From Prorocentrum cordatum (lineage: Eukaryota), in assembly GCA_963575745.1 (NCBI GenBank), contig CAUYUJ010000287.1, positions 62,001 through 115,789 on the forward strand: a DNA stretch of 53,789 bases, in the 5' to 3' direction. The notes below the pieces were generated by a model that worked only from the letters and a program-made list of their open reading frames with translations, was not told the DNA's origin and did not search any database. Position numbers and translations under genes: made by a program. Positions 14,009-25,044 of the stretch are shown one piece after another; the first letter of the stretch is position 1; each line of letters opens with the position of its first letter.

Positions 14009-15772
14009 CATTCCTTTTCCTCATACATCGTTTCTCCCTGTCGCACCCCGAGGCCAGCAGTTTTAATGGGGAGTTTCGCCTGAGACTTCCTCATCAGTTA
14101 TGACCCTGAAGCTTAACCGCTGGCAGCAGTTTCACAGATGGAGGCCGTGCCGTTTTCAAAATGTGGCTCTCGCCTTAGCGCCGCGCACGTTCGCTTTAAA
14201 CATTTGTAAGGGTTTCACGGATTGAGGGCGGGCCGTTTTCAAAATGCGGCTCTCGCCTTAGCGCCGCGCATACTCGTTCTAACAAATTGCAAGAGTTTCA
14301 CCGATTGAGGGCGGGCCGTTTTCAAAATATGGCTCTCGCCTTAGCGCCGCGGCGCTCGTTTTCAAAATTTCAACAGTTTCACGGGTTGAGGGCGGTTCTT
14401 TTTCAAACTATGGTTTTCGCCTTAGCGCCGCGTGCACTCATGTTCAAACTTTGCAAGAGTTTCACGGGTTCCCATGATCAGCGTACCAGAATTCATTGGT
14501 CCGAAAGATACCCGTACCCGGGGCCAGCCAAGGTGAGATGAGCCGTCCGGGGGACTGGGCGCTTGCTATTGTGCCCGGTCAGCTTGCCCCGCGCGCGCCA
14601 GTGCAGCAGCCGCGCGTCAAGACGCATCGGTGCGCTCGATGGTTGGGTGTCTGATTGCAGCGACAAGCGCTGGTTTTTGTTAGGGACGTCTCGGGGCATC
14701 GTGGTGCGTGCGCGGTTCAAAGCCGCCATATGTGGCGGCGCCTGTCCTAATCGATCAAGAGTTGCATTTCCTCGCTATCCTGGCAACCAATGCGTCTGGG
14801 CCTGCCCTGAGGAACGACGTTGCAACGTCGCGCCCCCAGAGGGCCGCAGCGGCCACGTCGGGGACGGCTCTGGAGGGCATGATATGTGCTCGAGAGCGTT
14901 TTGGGCCTGCCGCCACCTCGGCAAGGTACGGGGACCTGCCTGAAACCACCGAAGCATACCCGGACCTAGCTGGGGTGAGCTGCGGCACCCCGGCTAGGTA
15001 CGGGTATGTTTTTTTGGGTTTTCATGGGGCAACCGTACCTAGCTGGGGTGATCCGCAGACGGCCGTCCAAGGGGGGCGGTTTCTGGAGACCTCGCCCATG
15101 GCACAGATTCGCAATGTCTCTGCGTCGAGCAATTCGCGATAAGGCGTTTGTCGCGCAATGGCGTTCGCGCCAGAGTTGTTCGCATGCGCCCCCGAGTGCG
15201 CGTTGACTCCTCAACGCCCGGATGTGTGTCTGGGGGCGCGCCTCCGCAGTAGCTGGTCTACATCGACAACAACCAACGCAGGGTCGGGCACTCCGCCGAT
15301 TCGGACGCACGTGCGATCGGTGCTAACGTGCGCCCCGAGAAGACAGCGGTCTGTAATGCTCGACCGGCTGTCGTTTCTACACTTGTGCAGCCGCCGTCAG
15401 CTGCGACGAAACGCCCCCCCGGCCGCTTGCCACCCTGTCTAGGTAAGGGTAGGGTATCTTTCGCGCTCGAGAAGAATTGGTGCTTCGGAAAGGGTTCAGG
15501 ATTATGGGTGCAACAGTAACGTTGATTCGCGGTGTTGAAGTCTCAGAAATGGCGCTCTGGCACGATTCGGATCGCCAAGACGCAACAGTCAGTTTGATCC
15601 GCGGCGTCGGGATCCCGAGAACAAGGTTTTGGCATGGCCCAGGGTCTTCAAACGGTTGTCTTCCAACAAGGCAGTTCCCTCAGTTGAAATGAGCCGTTGT
15701 AGGGGCCTATGGAGAGGGAGATTGGAGGGAGGGTTTATTCCAACATCGTTGATGCCTCTTGGGTTTACGCTG
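14009..15772 (+). mobile_element. Dispersed repeat family R, plus-strand copy (~0.8 kb, internal ~78-bp tandem units), interrupted by a 980-bp insertion
   Basis: 14010-14492 and 15473-15635 match the reverse complement of 32364-33043, and 15631-15772 matches the reverse complement of 20322-20462. The internal unit contains TTTTCAAAATGTGGCTCTCGCCTTAGCGCCGCGCA. Flanked by (CCT)n. Confidence 0.85.
14493..15472. mobile_element. Non-autonomous DNA transposon (980 bp) with TC...GA ends and 5-bp TSD AGAAT
   Basis: AGAAT at 14488-14492 and 15473-15477. The inverted repeat CGAAAGATACCC(G)TACCC begins at position 10 from both ends. The other R copy lacks this segment. Confidence 0.85.
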
Positions 15773-16255
15773 GTCCTCCTCCTCTTCCTCCTTCTTCTCT
15801 TCCTCCTCCTCCTTTTTGTTTCTTCTCCTTTTCCTTCTTCTCCTCCTCCTCCTCCTCATCCGCCTTCCTCTCTTTGTAATCCTCTTCCTCCTCCTCTTCC
15901 TCCTTCTTTTTCTTATTATTGTCTTCCTCCTCTTATCCTCTCCTCCTCCTTCTCTTCCCCCCCCACCTCCTCCTCCGCCTTCTCCTCCTAATTTTCCTAT
16001 CCCTCCTCCCCCTTGTCCTCGTCCTCCTCCTCGTCTCCCGGGCGGTGGACGGGTTGCCGCTTCGCGGCGCGTCACGCCTCAAAGTCCCCCTCGCCGGGCC
16101 CCAGGCGCGACGCCGCGGGCGTGTACGCCGACGAGGAGAGCGCCTCGTCGTCGTTGTCGTCGTTGTCGTCGTGGTCGTCGTGGTCGTCGTGGTCGTCGTG
16201 GTCGTCGTGGTCGTTGTGGCCGTCGTGGTCGTCGTCGTGGTCGTCGTCGTCGTCG

Positions 16256-16286
<31 letters not shown>

Positions 16287-16515
16287 TGTCCTTGTCCTGG
16301 TCGTCCTCGTGGTCGTCGTGGCCGTCGTCCTCGTCGTCGTCGTCGTTGTCGACGTTGTCCTTGTCCTCGTCGTCTTCGTCGTTTTTGTCGTCGTCCTCGT
16401 CGTCATCGTCGTCGTCGTCGTCCTTGTCGTCATCGTCGTCCTCGCTGCCGTCGTCGTCGTCGTCGTCGTCGTCTGCATCGTCGTCGTCGTGGTCGTCGTC
16501 GTCGTCGTCGTCGTC
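15773..16515. repeat. (CCT)n-rich and (GTC)n microsatellites
   Basis: Direct reading. Confidence 0.9.
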
Positions 16516-17220
16516 AGTCAAGGTATGTTGTGTTCCATTCATTGATCACAAGGGATGGATCCTCAAAAGCGATGGGGGTCATCCATTGCGGCGCTTAAGG
16601 AAGCTAGAGAAGCCTCGTGTGACCTCAATGTGTGAGTAGATGTTAGCCGGGTAGGTGAATCCCAAGCAAGTTTCGAAATCGAAAGGGCAAATAAGATATA
16701 AAACTCGAAAATTGGACATTACATAATGATTTGGACGACAAGTATACCATTGACTTCAGTTAAGAGCACGCGCTCATACTTTGACTAGTTGCTGACGCAT
16801 TGTCTCTCATTAACAAAGATGCGATCGACGCTGGTGGCAGTGCGGCCCACGAAAAGTGCCGAGGGCAGACATTCTTCAAAACGTTGCCCGGGGTTGGAGA
16901 ATGCATAATGTACCTGAAGACTCCGCCTAGAAAAGGATGCAACGACCACAAAGCAAGGTCGGGGAGGGGGAGTGGTGTATTCCTGGGGATACATGCGACA
17001 CGCCAATAGTTCATAGTTGGCACTCCAGAGGGCGTCATCAGGTCTCACGAGTTCAGGTTCAAAGGAGCGAGGGTGGGGAGTGGAATTTGATGGTTTACCA
17101 AAGAGAAGTAAGTCTTTACCTCGTCGACCAGACCCAAACGAGTTCGGAATGGAGGTCAAAGCCAAAATTAACTTACCGATGGCGGTACCCAGTCAAGGTT
17201 AAGCTACATATGCCCGGCCG

Positions 17221-17420
17221 TTAGTAAGGCGAGCATTTTCCCGCATGCGCGCGCCTCCACCTCCTCCTGTGCGATTTTTGCGAAGCACCTTCGCTGCAAA
17301 AGATAAGGCGGAACCCGGTCCATCCCCTCGGAGGCCCTCGTAACTCTCTTTCACTTCCAAATTTCCAATCGTCGGTTATATCCTCCATCTCGCAACTGGC
17401 CTTCATAGTTTACATGTGTT
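17221..17420 (-). pseudogene. Possible relic of a Copia-type LTR retrotransposon polyprotein
   Basis: EDITDDWKFGSERELRGPPRGWTGF resembles a DDW...WTG motif I recall from dinoflagellate Copia-like polyproteins. It is short, with no other domains seen. Confidence 0.3.
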
Positions 17421-17439
17421 TGTCCCTCATTGCTCAATC

Positions 17440-17590
17440 ACTGCGGGGCTGCGCTAAGGCGAGAACCATATTTTGAAAACCACCCGCCCTCCATCCGTGA
17501 TGCTGCCGCAATCTTCTTAAGACGAATGTGCGCGGCGCTAAAGCGAGAGCCACATTTTGAAAACGGCCCGCCCTCCATCCGTGTAGCCTT
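17440..17590 (-). repeat. Partial copy of repeat R (two internal units)
   Basis: GCGCTAAGGCGAGA.CCA.ATTTTGAAAAC..CCCGCCCTCCATCCGTG occurs twice. Confidence 0.85.
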
Positions 17591-17669
17591 TGCATTTCTC
17601 AATTTGAGGATCTTTCGACTGGTCTCGGGGTGCTACAGGGATGAGTGATTCACAGGGAAAAGGGTTGCA

Positions 17670-18086
17670 GGAGTAGGAGTAATAGGACGAGGAGGAGGAG
17701 GAGCTGAGGATGAGGAGGAGGCGGAGGAGGAGGAGGAGGAGAAAGAAGAGGAGGGGGAGGAGGATCAGGAGGAGGGGGAAAGGATGAGGAAGAGGAGAAG
17801 GAGGATGATGAGAAGGAGGAGGAAAAAGAGGAGGAAAATTATGATGATGAGGAGAAGGAGGAGGAGGAGGTGGAAGAGGAGAAGACGGAGAGGAGAAGAC
17901 GGAGAGGAGAAGACGGAGAGGAGGAGGAAGGATGGGGAGGAGGAGGACGAGGAGAACGAATCTAAGGAGGACGATGTGAGGAGGACCACGAGGAGCAGGA
18001 GGATAACGAACAGGAGCATGATGATCATGATGACGATGTTGATCATGGTGATGATGATGAATTTGATGATGATGATGATCATGATC

Positions 18087-18128
<42 letters not shown>

Positions 18129-18630
18129 CAGGTGATGACGAATGATGAGGACCAGGATGACGTTGATCATGGGGATGAGGATGACGAGTGGGATGCTGAT
18201 TTTGAAGATGATGATGATGATGATGATTATGATTCTGATTATGCCGACGATGGTCATGATGATACTGGTGGTGGTGCTGATAACGATGCTGCTGCTGCAA
18301 GTGGTTACGATGATCATGGTGACGATCGATGGCGGTTCACGACGGCGACGATGATGATGATGATGGTGGTGGTGGTGGTGATGACGATGTTGATAATGTT
18401 GCTGATCATGATGATGGTGCTGCTGATGATGAGGTGGGCTGTTTTTGTTGATGATGACGACGATGCTGATGATCCTGCCGATGAGGATGATGCTGATGAC
18501 GATGATGATGACGATGGACATGATGATAGTGGTTGTGGTGGTGGGGCTGCTTACGATGATGCTGGTGATGATGATGATGGTGATGATGCTGATGATGCTG
18601 ATGCTGAGGCCGATGATGATGAGGCTGACG

Positions 18631-18662
<32 letters not shown>

Positions 18663-19224
18663 GATGATGATTCACGGCGGCCCGATGATGCTGATGACGA
18701 CACGACGATGCTGTTGCTGATGTTGGTAGTGATGCTGATGGTAACGATGATGATGTTTGTGTTGATTCAATGTGCTGCTGATGATGATGCATATGATGCT
18801 GCGGCTGTTGATAAGAATGATAATGCTGATGCTGATGATGCTGATGTTCCCGGTGATGATGATGATGCTGATGCTGATGATGATGGTCATGATGGTGGTG
18901 ATGCTGCTGCTGATGAGGATGATGCTGATGCTGATGCTGCTGATGATGATGCTGCTGCTGCTGATGATGATGATGGTGATGATGATGAGCGTGATGATAA
19001 GGATGTTCATGCTGCTGATTATGGCGATGAGGGTGATGATGATTATGATTATGATGATGCAGACGACGATTAAGATGATGATGATGATGCCGCTGATGCT
19101 GATGATGACGATGATTATTGGGATGCTGATGATGCTGATGATGATGATGCTAATGCTGATGCTGATGATGATGATGATGATGCTGACGACGTTGATGATG
19201 ATGATGATGATGATGATGAGGATC

Positions 19225-19272
<48 letters not shown>

Positions 19273-19528
19273 TATGGTATGTTATTGCACGACACGGTCG
19301 GGTATGGCATGGTATGGTATGGTATAGGGTGGCATGGTATGGTATAGTCTGGTATCGGATAGTATAGTGTAGTGGTGTGGTCCGGTACGGTATGGTATTG
19401 TTTGGCATGGTGTTGTATGGCATGGCGTTGACGATGATGCTGCTGCGGTTGAGGAGGAGGAGGCGGCTGCTGAACAGGAGGAGGGGGAGGAGGAATAGGA
19501 TGATAATGGTGATGATGCTGATAATGAA

Positions 19529-19609
<81 letters not shown>

Positions 19610-19645
19610 GGTGGTGGTGATGATGATGATGATGATGATGATGAC

Positions 19646-19685
<40 letters not shown>

Positions 19686-19938
19686 TATGGTATGTGATTG
19701 CACGACACGGTCGGGTATGGCATGATATGGTATGGTATAGGGTGGCATGGTATGGTATAGTCTGGTATCGGATAGTATAGTGTAGTATGGTCCGGTACGG
19801 TATGGTATGGTTTGGCATGGTGTTGTATGGCATGGCGTTGACGATGATGCTGCTGCGGTTGGGGAGGAGGAGGCGGCGGCTGAACAGGAGGAGGGGGAGG
19901 AGGAATAGGATGATAATGGTGATGATGCTGATAATGAA

Positions 19939-20008
<70 letters not shown>

Positions 20009-20036
20009 GTGATGGTGATGGTGATGGTGATGGTGA

Positions 20037-20070
<34 letters not shown>

Positions 20071-20320
20071 GGTGGTGGTGGTGGTCGTGATGATGATGAT
20101 GCTGATGATGATGCTGCTGATGATAATGATGATGCTTATGATGATGATGATGATGATGATATTGATGTTGATTCTGATAATGTCGATGCCGATAATGGTG
20201 ATGATGGTGATGGTGATGATGATGCTTATGATGATGTTGATGGTATGATGCTGATGATGAGTCTGCTCCTCATGATGCTGATGATGCTGATGCTGCTGAT
20301 GATGCTGATGATGATGAGGA
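17670..20320. repeat. Compound (GAG)n/(GAT)n microsatellite block containing a ~415-bp tandem duplication (~19270-19685 and ~19685-20090) with (GTATG)n-like repeats
   Basis: GTATGGTATGT.ATTGCACGACACGGTCGGGTATGGCATG starts both copies. Confidence 0.9.
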
Positions 20321-20321
20321 T

Positions 20322-20462
20322 GGTGCAAACCCCGGGGTCATCAACTATGTTGGGACAAACCCTTCCTCCAAGTTCCTTCTTCACAGACCCCTGCAACGGT
20401 TCATCTCCATCGAGGGAACTGCCTCGTTGGAAGACAACCGTTTGAAGACCTTGCAGCATGCC
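20322..20462 (-). repeat. Repeat R, minus-strand copy, 3' part (left flank of the large transposon)
   Basis: The reverse complement matches 15631-15772. Confidence 0.9.
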
Positions 20463-20675
20463 TCTTCCACCCGCTGATGGGGGCAGCTTGGGGGGGGACA
20501 TGGGGTAACGTGATGCCAGGCTTGATCTCGTCAGCCCCCCGTGTGCGGTGCCTATGCGTTCGGTTTCAAACGTTTGCCAACACGCACAAACATACGCACG
20601 CACACACTCGTACCCATCACCATCATCAACATCATCTCTATCACGACTATCATCGTTGCCATTGTCGTTATCACC

Positions 20676-20699
20676 AACATAGCCAGTTTGGGCTCTCAG
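20676..20699 (+). promoter_or_regulatory. Degenerate spliced-leader-like motif upstream of accessory ORF1
   Basis: AACATAGCCAGTTTGGGCTC versus DCCGTAGCCATTTTGGCTC. Needs a gap; weakest of the four. Confidence 0.45.
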
Positions 20700-20734
20700 T
20701 TTTTTGAGTATGCGCTTTCCACGTGAAGCAACTA

Positions 20735-21406
20735 ATGCCTGCTGGTTCTGGGCGCCTTGGTAAAGGTGTCTCCCGCAATTTTCAGCCGAATATGTTGGGC
20801 CAGCACACGATCCCGTCACTCGTGGCGCCGCAGGGAGAGCCCGACCAAGACCCATTGAACCATGCCGTCGAATGTGAAGTCCAGCAGCAGGGCGCCCACC
20901 CCTTCGGAGCGCATCCAGACCGCTACGACAACCTCGTCCCCATCAGCAAGAGCAACTTCTACTTGGGCGCCAGCACCTTCCACAAGAACTGCCTCCCTGT
21001 GAAGTTCCGCAGGACCCTTCTCGAGGCGATGGCCTCAAACCTCTTCCCAATGCATCGCTCGTGCGAGACCCCGGAGATCGTCATCGACGCCCTGCTCTTC
21101 ATCGGCACGAGGTTGACGCCTCACTTCAAGATCAAGAACTTCGGCAATGACCTCAACAAAGGCCTCGTCCGCTCAAAGCTCCACGCGCAGTCCAAGCTCG
21201 TCCTCCAGCACGATGTGGAGCGCAAGAGCGCGTTGATGGGGCGCCTCGTGATGTTCACGGCGATCAGCAAGGCGCTGGACCTCGGCTACCCCGAGTGCTA
21301 CGGCGACGTCGCGCCACCGCTGCCGCCTCCAGCTCAGCCGCCACCGGTGGCAGCTGCTGAAGATGATGCTCCCGAGAGAATCAGTGATGATGACGGCTCT
21401 GACTGA
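20735..21406 (+). CDS. Transposon accessory protein 1, unknown function, paralog of accessory protein 2
   Basis: Open frame with strong C/G third-position bias and normal amino-acid complexity. Start uncertain (ATG 20735 or 20792). Shares S-x-S-xx-YLG, D-x-L-x-FI...L-x-P-xxx-IK-x-F, KG-xx-R and GYP motifs with ORF2. Confidence 0.75.
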   Translation: MPAGSGRLGKGVSRNFQPNMLGQHTIPSLVAPQGEPDQDPLNHAVECEVQQQGAHPFGAHPDRYDNLVPISKSNFYLGASTFHKNCLPVKFRRTLLEAMASNLFPMHRSCETPEIVIDALLFIGTRLTPHFKIKNFGNDLNKGLVRSKLHAQSKLVLQHDVERKSALMGRLVMFTAISKALDLGYPECYGDVAPPLPPPAQPPPVAAAEDDAPERISDDDGSD

Positions 21407-22641
21407 GCGGCCAGCTGCGCCCGCCTGTTTTGAGGCGCCACTTGCGCCTGTTGCCCTTCGGTGCTTTCTCGTGGGTCGGGCAGGCGTGGATCAGGGAATA
21501 GAGGGGAGGAGGAGCTTTACGCCCCGTTGCAGGAGTTCAAGCAGGAAGAGGAGTAGGAGGAGGACGACGACGACAATGGCGAACATAGGTGGAAGACGCG
21601 GAGGATGAGGAGCTGTGGCGCCCTCCTCCTCCTCCTCCTCTCCCTCCTCCTCCTCCTCCTCCTCCTCCCAATCCTCCTCCACTGGTGCCTCCTCCGTATC
21701 CTCCTCCACGTCTCCCCATCTTCTGCCAGGCGGTCTGAAATGGGCTCAGCCGACTCCGATTGAAGGGCCATGTGATTTCAAGGTGAATGGCGCCGCAGCC
21801 GCATTTTAAGATGCGCATGCTGACTCTCCCGAGTTTCGAGCAACAGGATTAGCAGCGACAGCGGTGACTAAACAAGAACATGATGTGTTTGGGCATAGGG
21901 GGGCGGTTTCAAGATCGCACCCCCCTTCATCACCACTCCCTTTCTTTTAGATCCTCCTCCATGCTCCCTCCCCCCTCCTCGTCTTCCACAGTGTTCCCTC
22001 ATCCAAGCTCCCTCCCCTCCTCGTCCTCCATGCTCCCTCCCCCCTCATCGGTGATCCCTCCATGCGACCTTTACCACGCCGCGCCTCCCAGGCAGGGTCG
22101 TTGGTGGGTCTGTTTTCGGGACCCCTCGGGCGCAGCGCCAACTCATTGAGAACAGACCCCCCGCCAAATAGACTTAGACCACAAGGAGTCCGACGTGCTC
22201 GTGTTGCTCAAATGGGGGGGCCGCGTGAGGAGTATAGAGAGCGGCCTTCTGGCCTTCTCCTTTCCGTCCCCCTCCTCGCCCCCCCGTCGCGTTCACGCGC
22301 CCCGTTCCGCCCCCCCCCCCCCCCCCCCCCCTCTGCGTCTGCCCATTAGGCTGGCCCCAGGTTGTGACGCCGAATGAGTATTTCATTGCGCCACTGGCTG
22401 AATGTGGGATGGCATGGTAGGAGGAGGAGCAGGGATATGAGATGAGTCTAGGTTGCCTGTATAACTGGTTGCCTGCGTCACAGGTTGTGTTCGTCACTGG
22501 GTGTCTGTGTTCACTGGTTGCCTGTGCCGCTGGTTGTCTGTGGGGCGTGGGATGACTGCAACCCCATTGCCATTCCCCCAAGACACAGGGAGTCTTTGCC
22601 CCTAGAAGGGGCGGGGGGCGGGGGGTCCGCCTGCAAGGCGT

Positions 22642-22675
<34 letters not shown>

Positions 22676-22799
22676 CACCCCACACAGCGTCTCATGCACT
22701 CCACGTTTCGATTTCGTTGCCAATGATTCGTCACCGTTGCGTCGTCAATATTTTCGGCACTGTTGAGTAACGTTTGGTTGCCAGTGGCGTTGCGTAGTG

Positions 22800-22821
22800 T
22801 CCGTAAGAATTTTGGCTCGAG
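22800..22821 (+). promoter_or_regulatory. Spliced-leader-like motif (relict DinoSL)
   Basis: TCCGTAAGAATTTTGGCTCGAG, 18/22 to DinoSL, 56 nt before ATG 22878. Confidence 0.7.
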
Positions 22822-22877
22822 ATCAGAGGCATCTTTCACTTTGAGTGGTTGGTTGGCCGACCTCGACCTTCTTGGGA

Positions 22878-24085
22878 TGGCTGCAAACGCCGATCTTGCC
22901 AGCGTCCTGCTCCGCGTCATGATGCAGCAGATGGCCCCATCGCAGCCACCAGCCCCCCAGCAGCCCACGTTCGGCCTTGGAGATTTGGCGGCGCTGGTTG
23001 CAGCTCAGCAGCCAGCGCAGGCCGCTTCCCATCAGCAACCAGCCCAGCGTGAACAGCCTGCCCCGCAACCAGTCTCCGTTCCTCCTCCCGCTGCCGTCGG
23101 CAAGTCGGTCGCGACGACGGCCAACCCAGACGCCGACAGCCCCATGAAGCTCCTCTTCGGCGACGAGAACCAGAGGGTCAGCACGAGCTACAGGTACCTC
23201 GGCGGAACGTGGAAGTTCAATGCTCGAGTCGCCCCCCCCAGGAAGATGAAGGTCCAGGCCTTGCAGAATTTCGACGCCAAGCGTTTCAGCCCCATCCTTC
23301 TCAGCGGCCTCTGCGACGACGCCGTGGACGAGCTGGTCTTCATTGCGAGCAGCCTAGGTCCCGAGAAACGGATCAAGGACTTCACAGCGAAGTCCAAGGG
23401 CGAGATGAGGGAGGCCATCGCCGCCGAGATCGCCCGAACTTTGGTCACCTACCCGACGCGGCTCAACGACCTCGCCGCCGACCTCTCGAACACTGCCTCC
23501 GCGGCGATCCGCCAGGGCTACCCCGTCAACATCATGCCCGCGAATCGGCGCCAGGCTGGAGGCGTTGACCTTCAGAGCCCGCGCCAGGCTACTGGAATGC
23601 CGGTGCCGCAAGCTGCAGCCCCGAACGCCCAGGCCGTCGTCCAGCACAAGAACCCCGAGAAGGCCGCCACGCCCAAGAAGGATGAGTTCACGAGCCAGCA
23701 TGACTTCGAGAAAGAGTTGTTCGGCGACGACGGGTTCGAGAAAGGTCCTTGCGGTGGGAACGGTGGCGCTTCCAGCAGCGCAGGTGGCAGTGCTACTAAG
23801 CCTGGCGTGGCCGCGCCCGAGGCTACAGCGACTTTCACCCCGTTCAAAGGCAAGGGCCTGAAGCTCACGCCTGAGGGCCGCTTGGAGTTAAGCCCTGAGG
23901 CCTTGCAGCAGCTTTCGCAATTGGCAGCAGCTCAGGGCACCATGCCACCGCAGCCTGAGCAGCCAGCCACCGCCGATGGCCCCGACCAGAAGAAGCAGAA
24001 GACTGGCGATGCCGAGGGGGACAATGACCATGAGCAAGGTGCTTCTAGGGCTGAGCCTATGTTGCTGGCAGGGATGACAATGTGA
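22878..24085 (+). CDS. Transposon accessory protein 2 (~400 aa), unknown function: Q/P/A-rich flanks around a ~125-aa globular domain
   Basis: Long intronless ORF with strong GC3 bias. First ATG after the SL-like motif gives MAANADLASVLL. Confidence 0.85.
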
Positions 24086-24960
24086 AACCGAAGTAGGGAT
24101 GAGCGCAACTTAGCACGCACATAGCAACATAACAATACATATCACATCACATACAATATCACCACGACCAACATTCAACACCCGCCAACTTTGTCATTCC
24201 GTCCTCGGCGACCGCTTGCATAGCCAGCTTGGTTGATCCTCCGTACGGGGGCGCAGAGGCATTCAATGATTGTCGTGCGAGGGGTTTTGCGTCTACGCCG
24301 TTGCGTCTCATAGCCAGCATTCTTATATAGCCAAGTTCGCTTACATCGGCCGCATGCGTCATCGCGCTGCCGAGGGGATCCCGCTGCGTGTCTTTCGCAC
24401 TTCCATTAGGCAGCCCCCCCCCCCCCATCTTCTCAGTCCCGATTTCGCCTCGGCCCTCGGACCACTGTGGTGTTTGAATCGGCGGCCCAAGATCGGCTGC
24501 CAATAACCAGCCACCGTGGAACATGGCCGTGGTTCGCCCCTCGCTTATTCCCCACAGTGCCGCGTGGAATCGCCGCGTGAGGTTTACAGAGCAAGCAGCA
24601 GCAGCATTGCGTGTATCGCCTTCTGGCCGTGCGTATCTCAGTCAGTGATTTGATTGCTAGCAAACGAGCAAACGTGAAACAATATGTAACCTCCAACACA
24701 GGCGCCAATCGGTCCCGTCCTCACCATGCCCTCCCCGCCCTCCCCCACGTCCAATCATTGCCCCCACCGCCCCAACCCCTTACACTGCCCCCCCTCCGAA
24801 CTGCTAACCAGCCTGGGAATCGGCAGATAACGAAATGCCAAGCACATATCAACACTCACAGCAAACGCGCACAGAAATCGCATACAGTCAAACACGCAAT
24901 AGAAACACACACGCCATCCCCATGTAGTCCCGTTCACCTCCTCGCATCATCGACCACCCC

Positions 24961-24982
24961 TCCTTAGCCATTTTGGCTCGAA
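24961..24982 (+). promoter_or_regulatory. Spliced-leader-like motif (relict DinoSL)
   Basis: TCCTTAGCCATTTTGGCTCGAA, 19/22 to DinoSL. A further GCTCAAG lies at 24995-25001. Confidence 0.8.
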
Positions 24983-25044
24983 TTCGAGGCGCATGCTCAA
25001 GGCATACGCCTTGAAGGCATGCTACGCGCTGGACTCTGCGCGCG

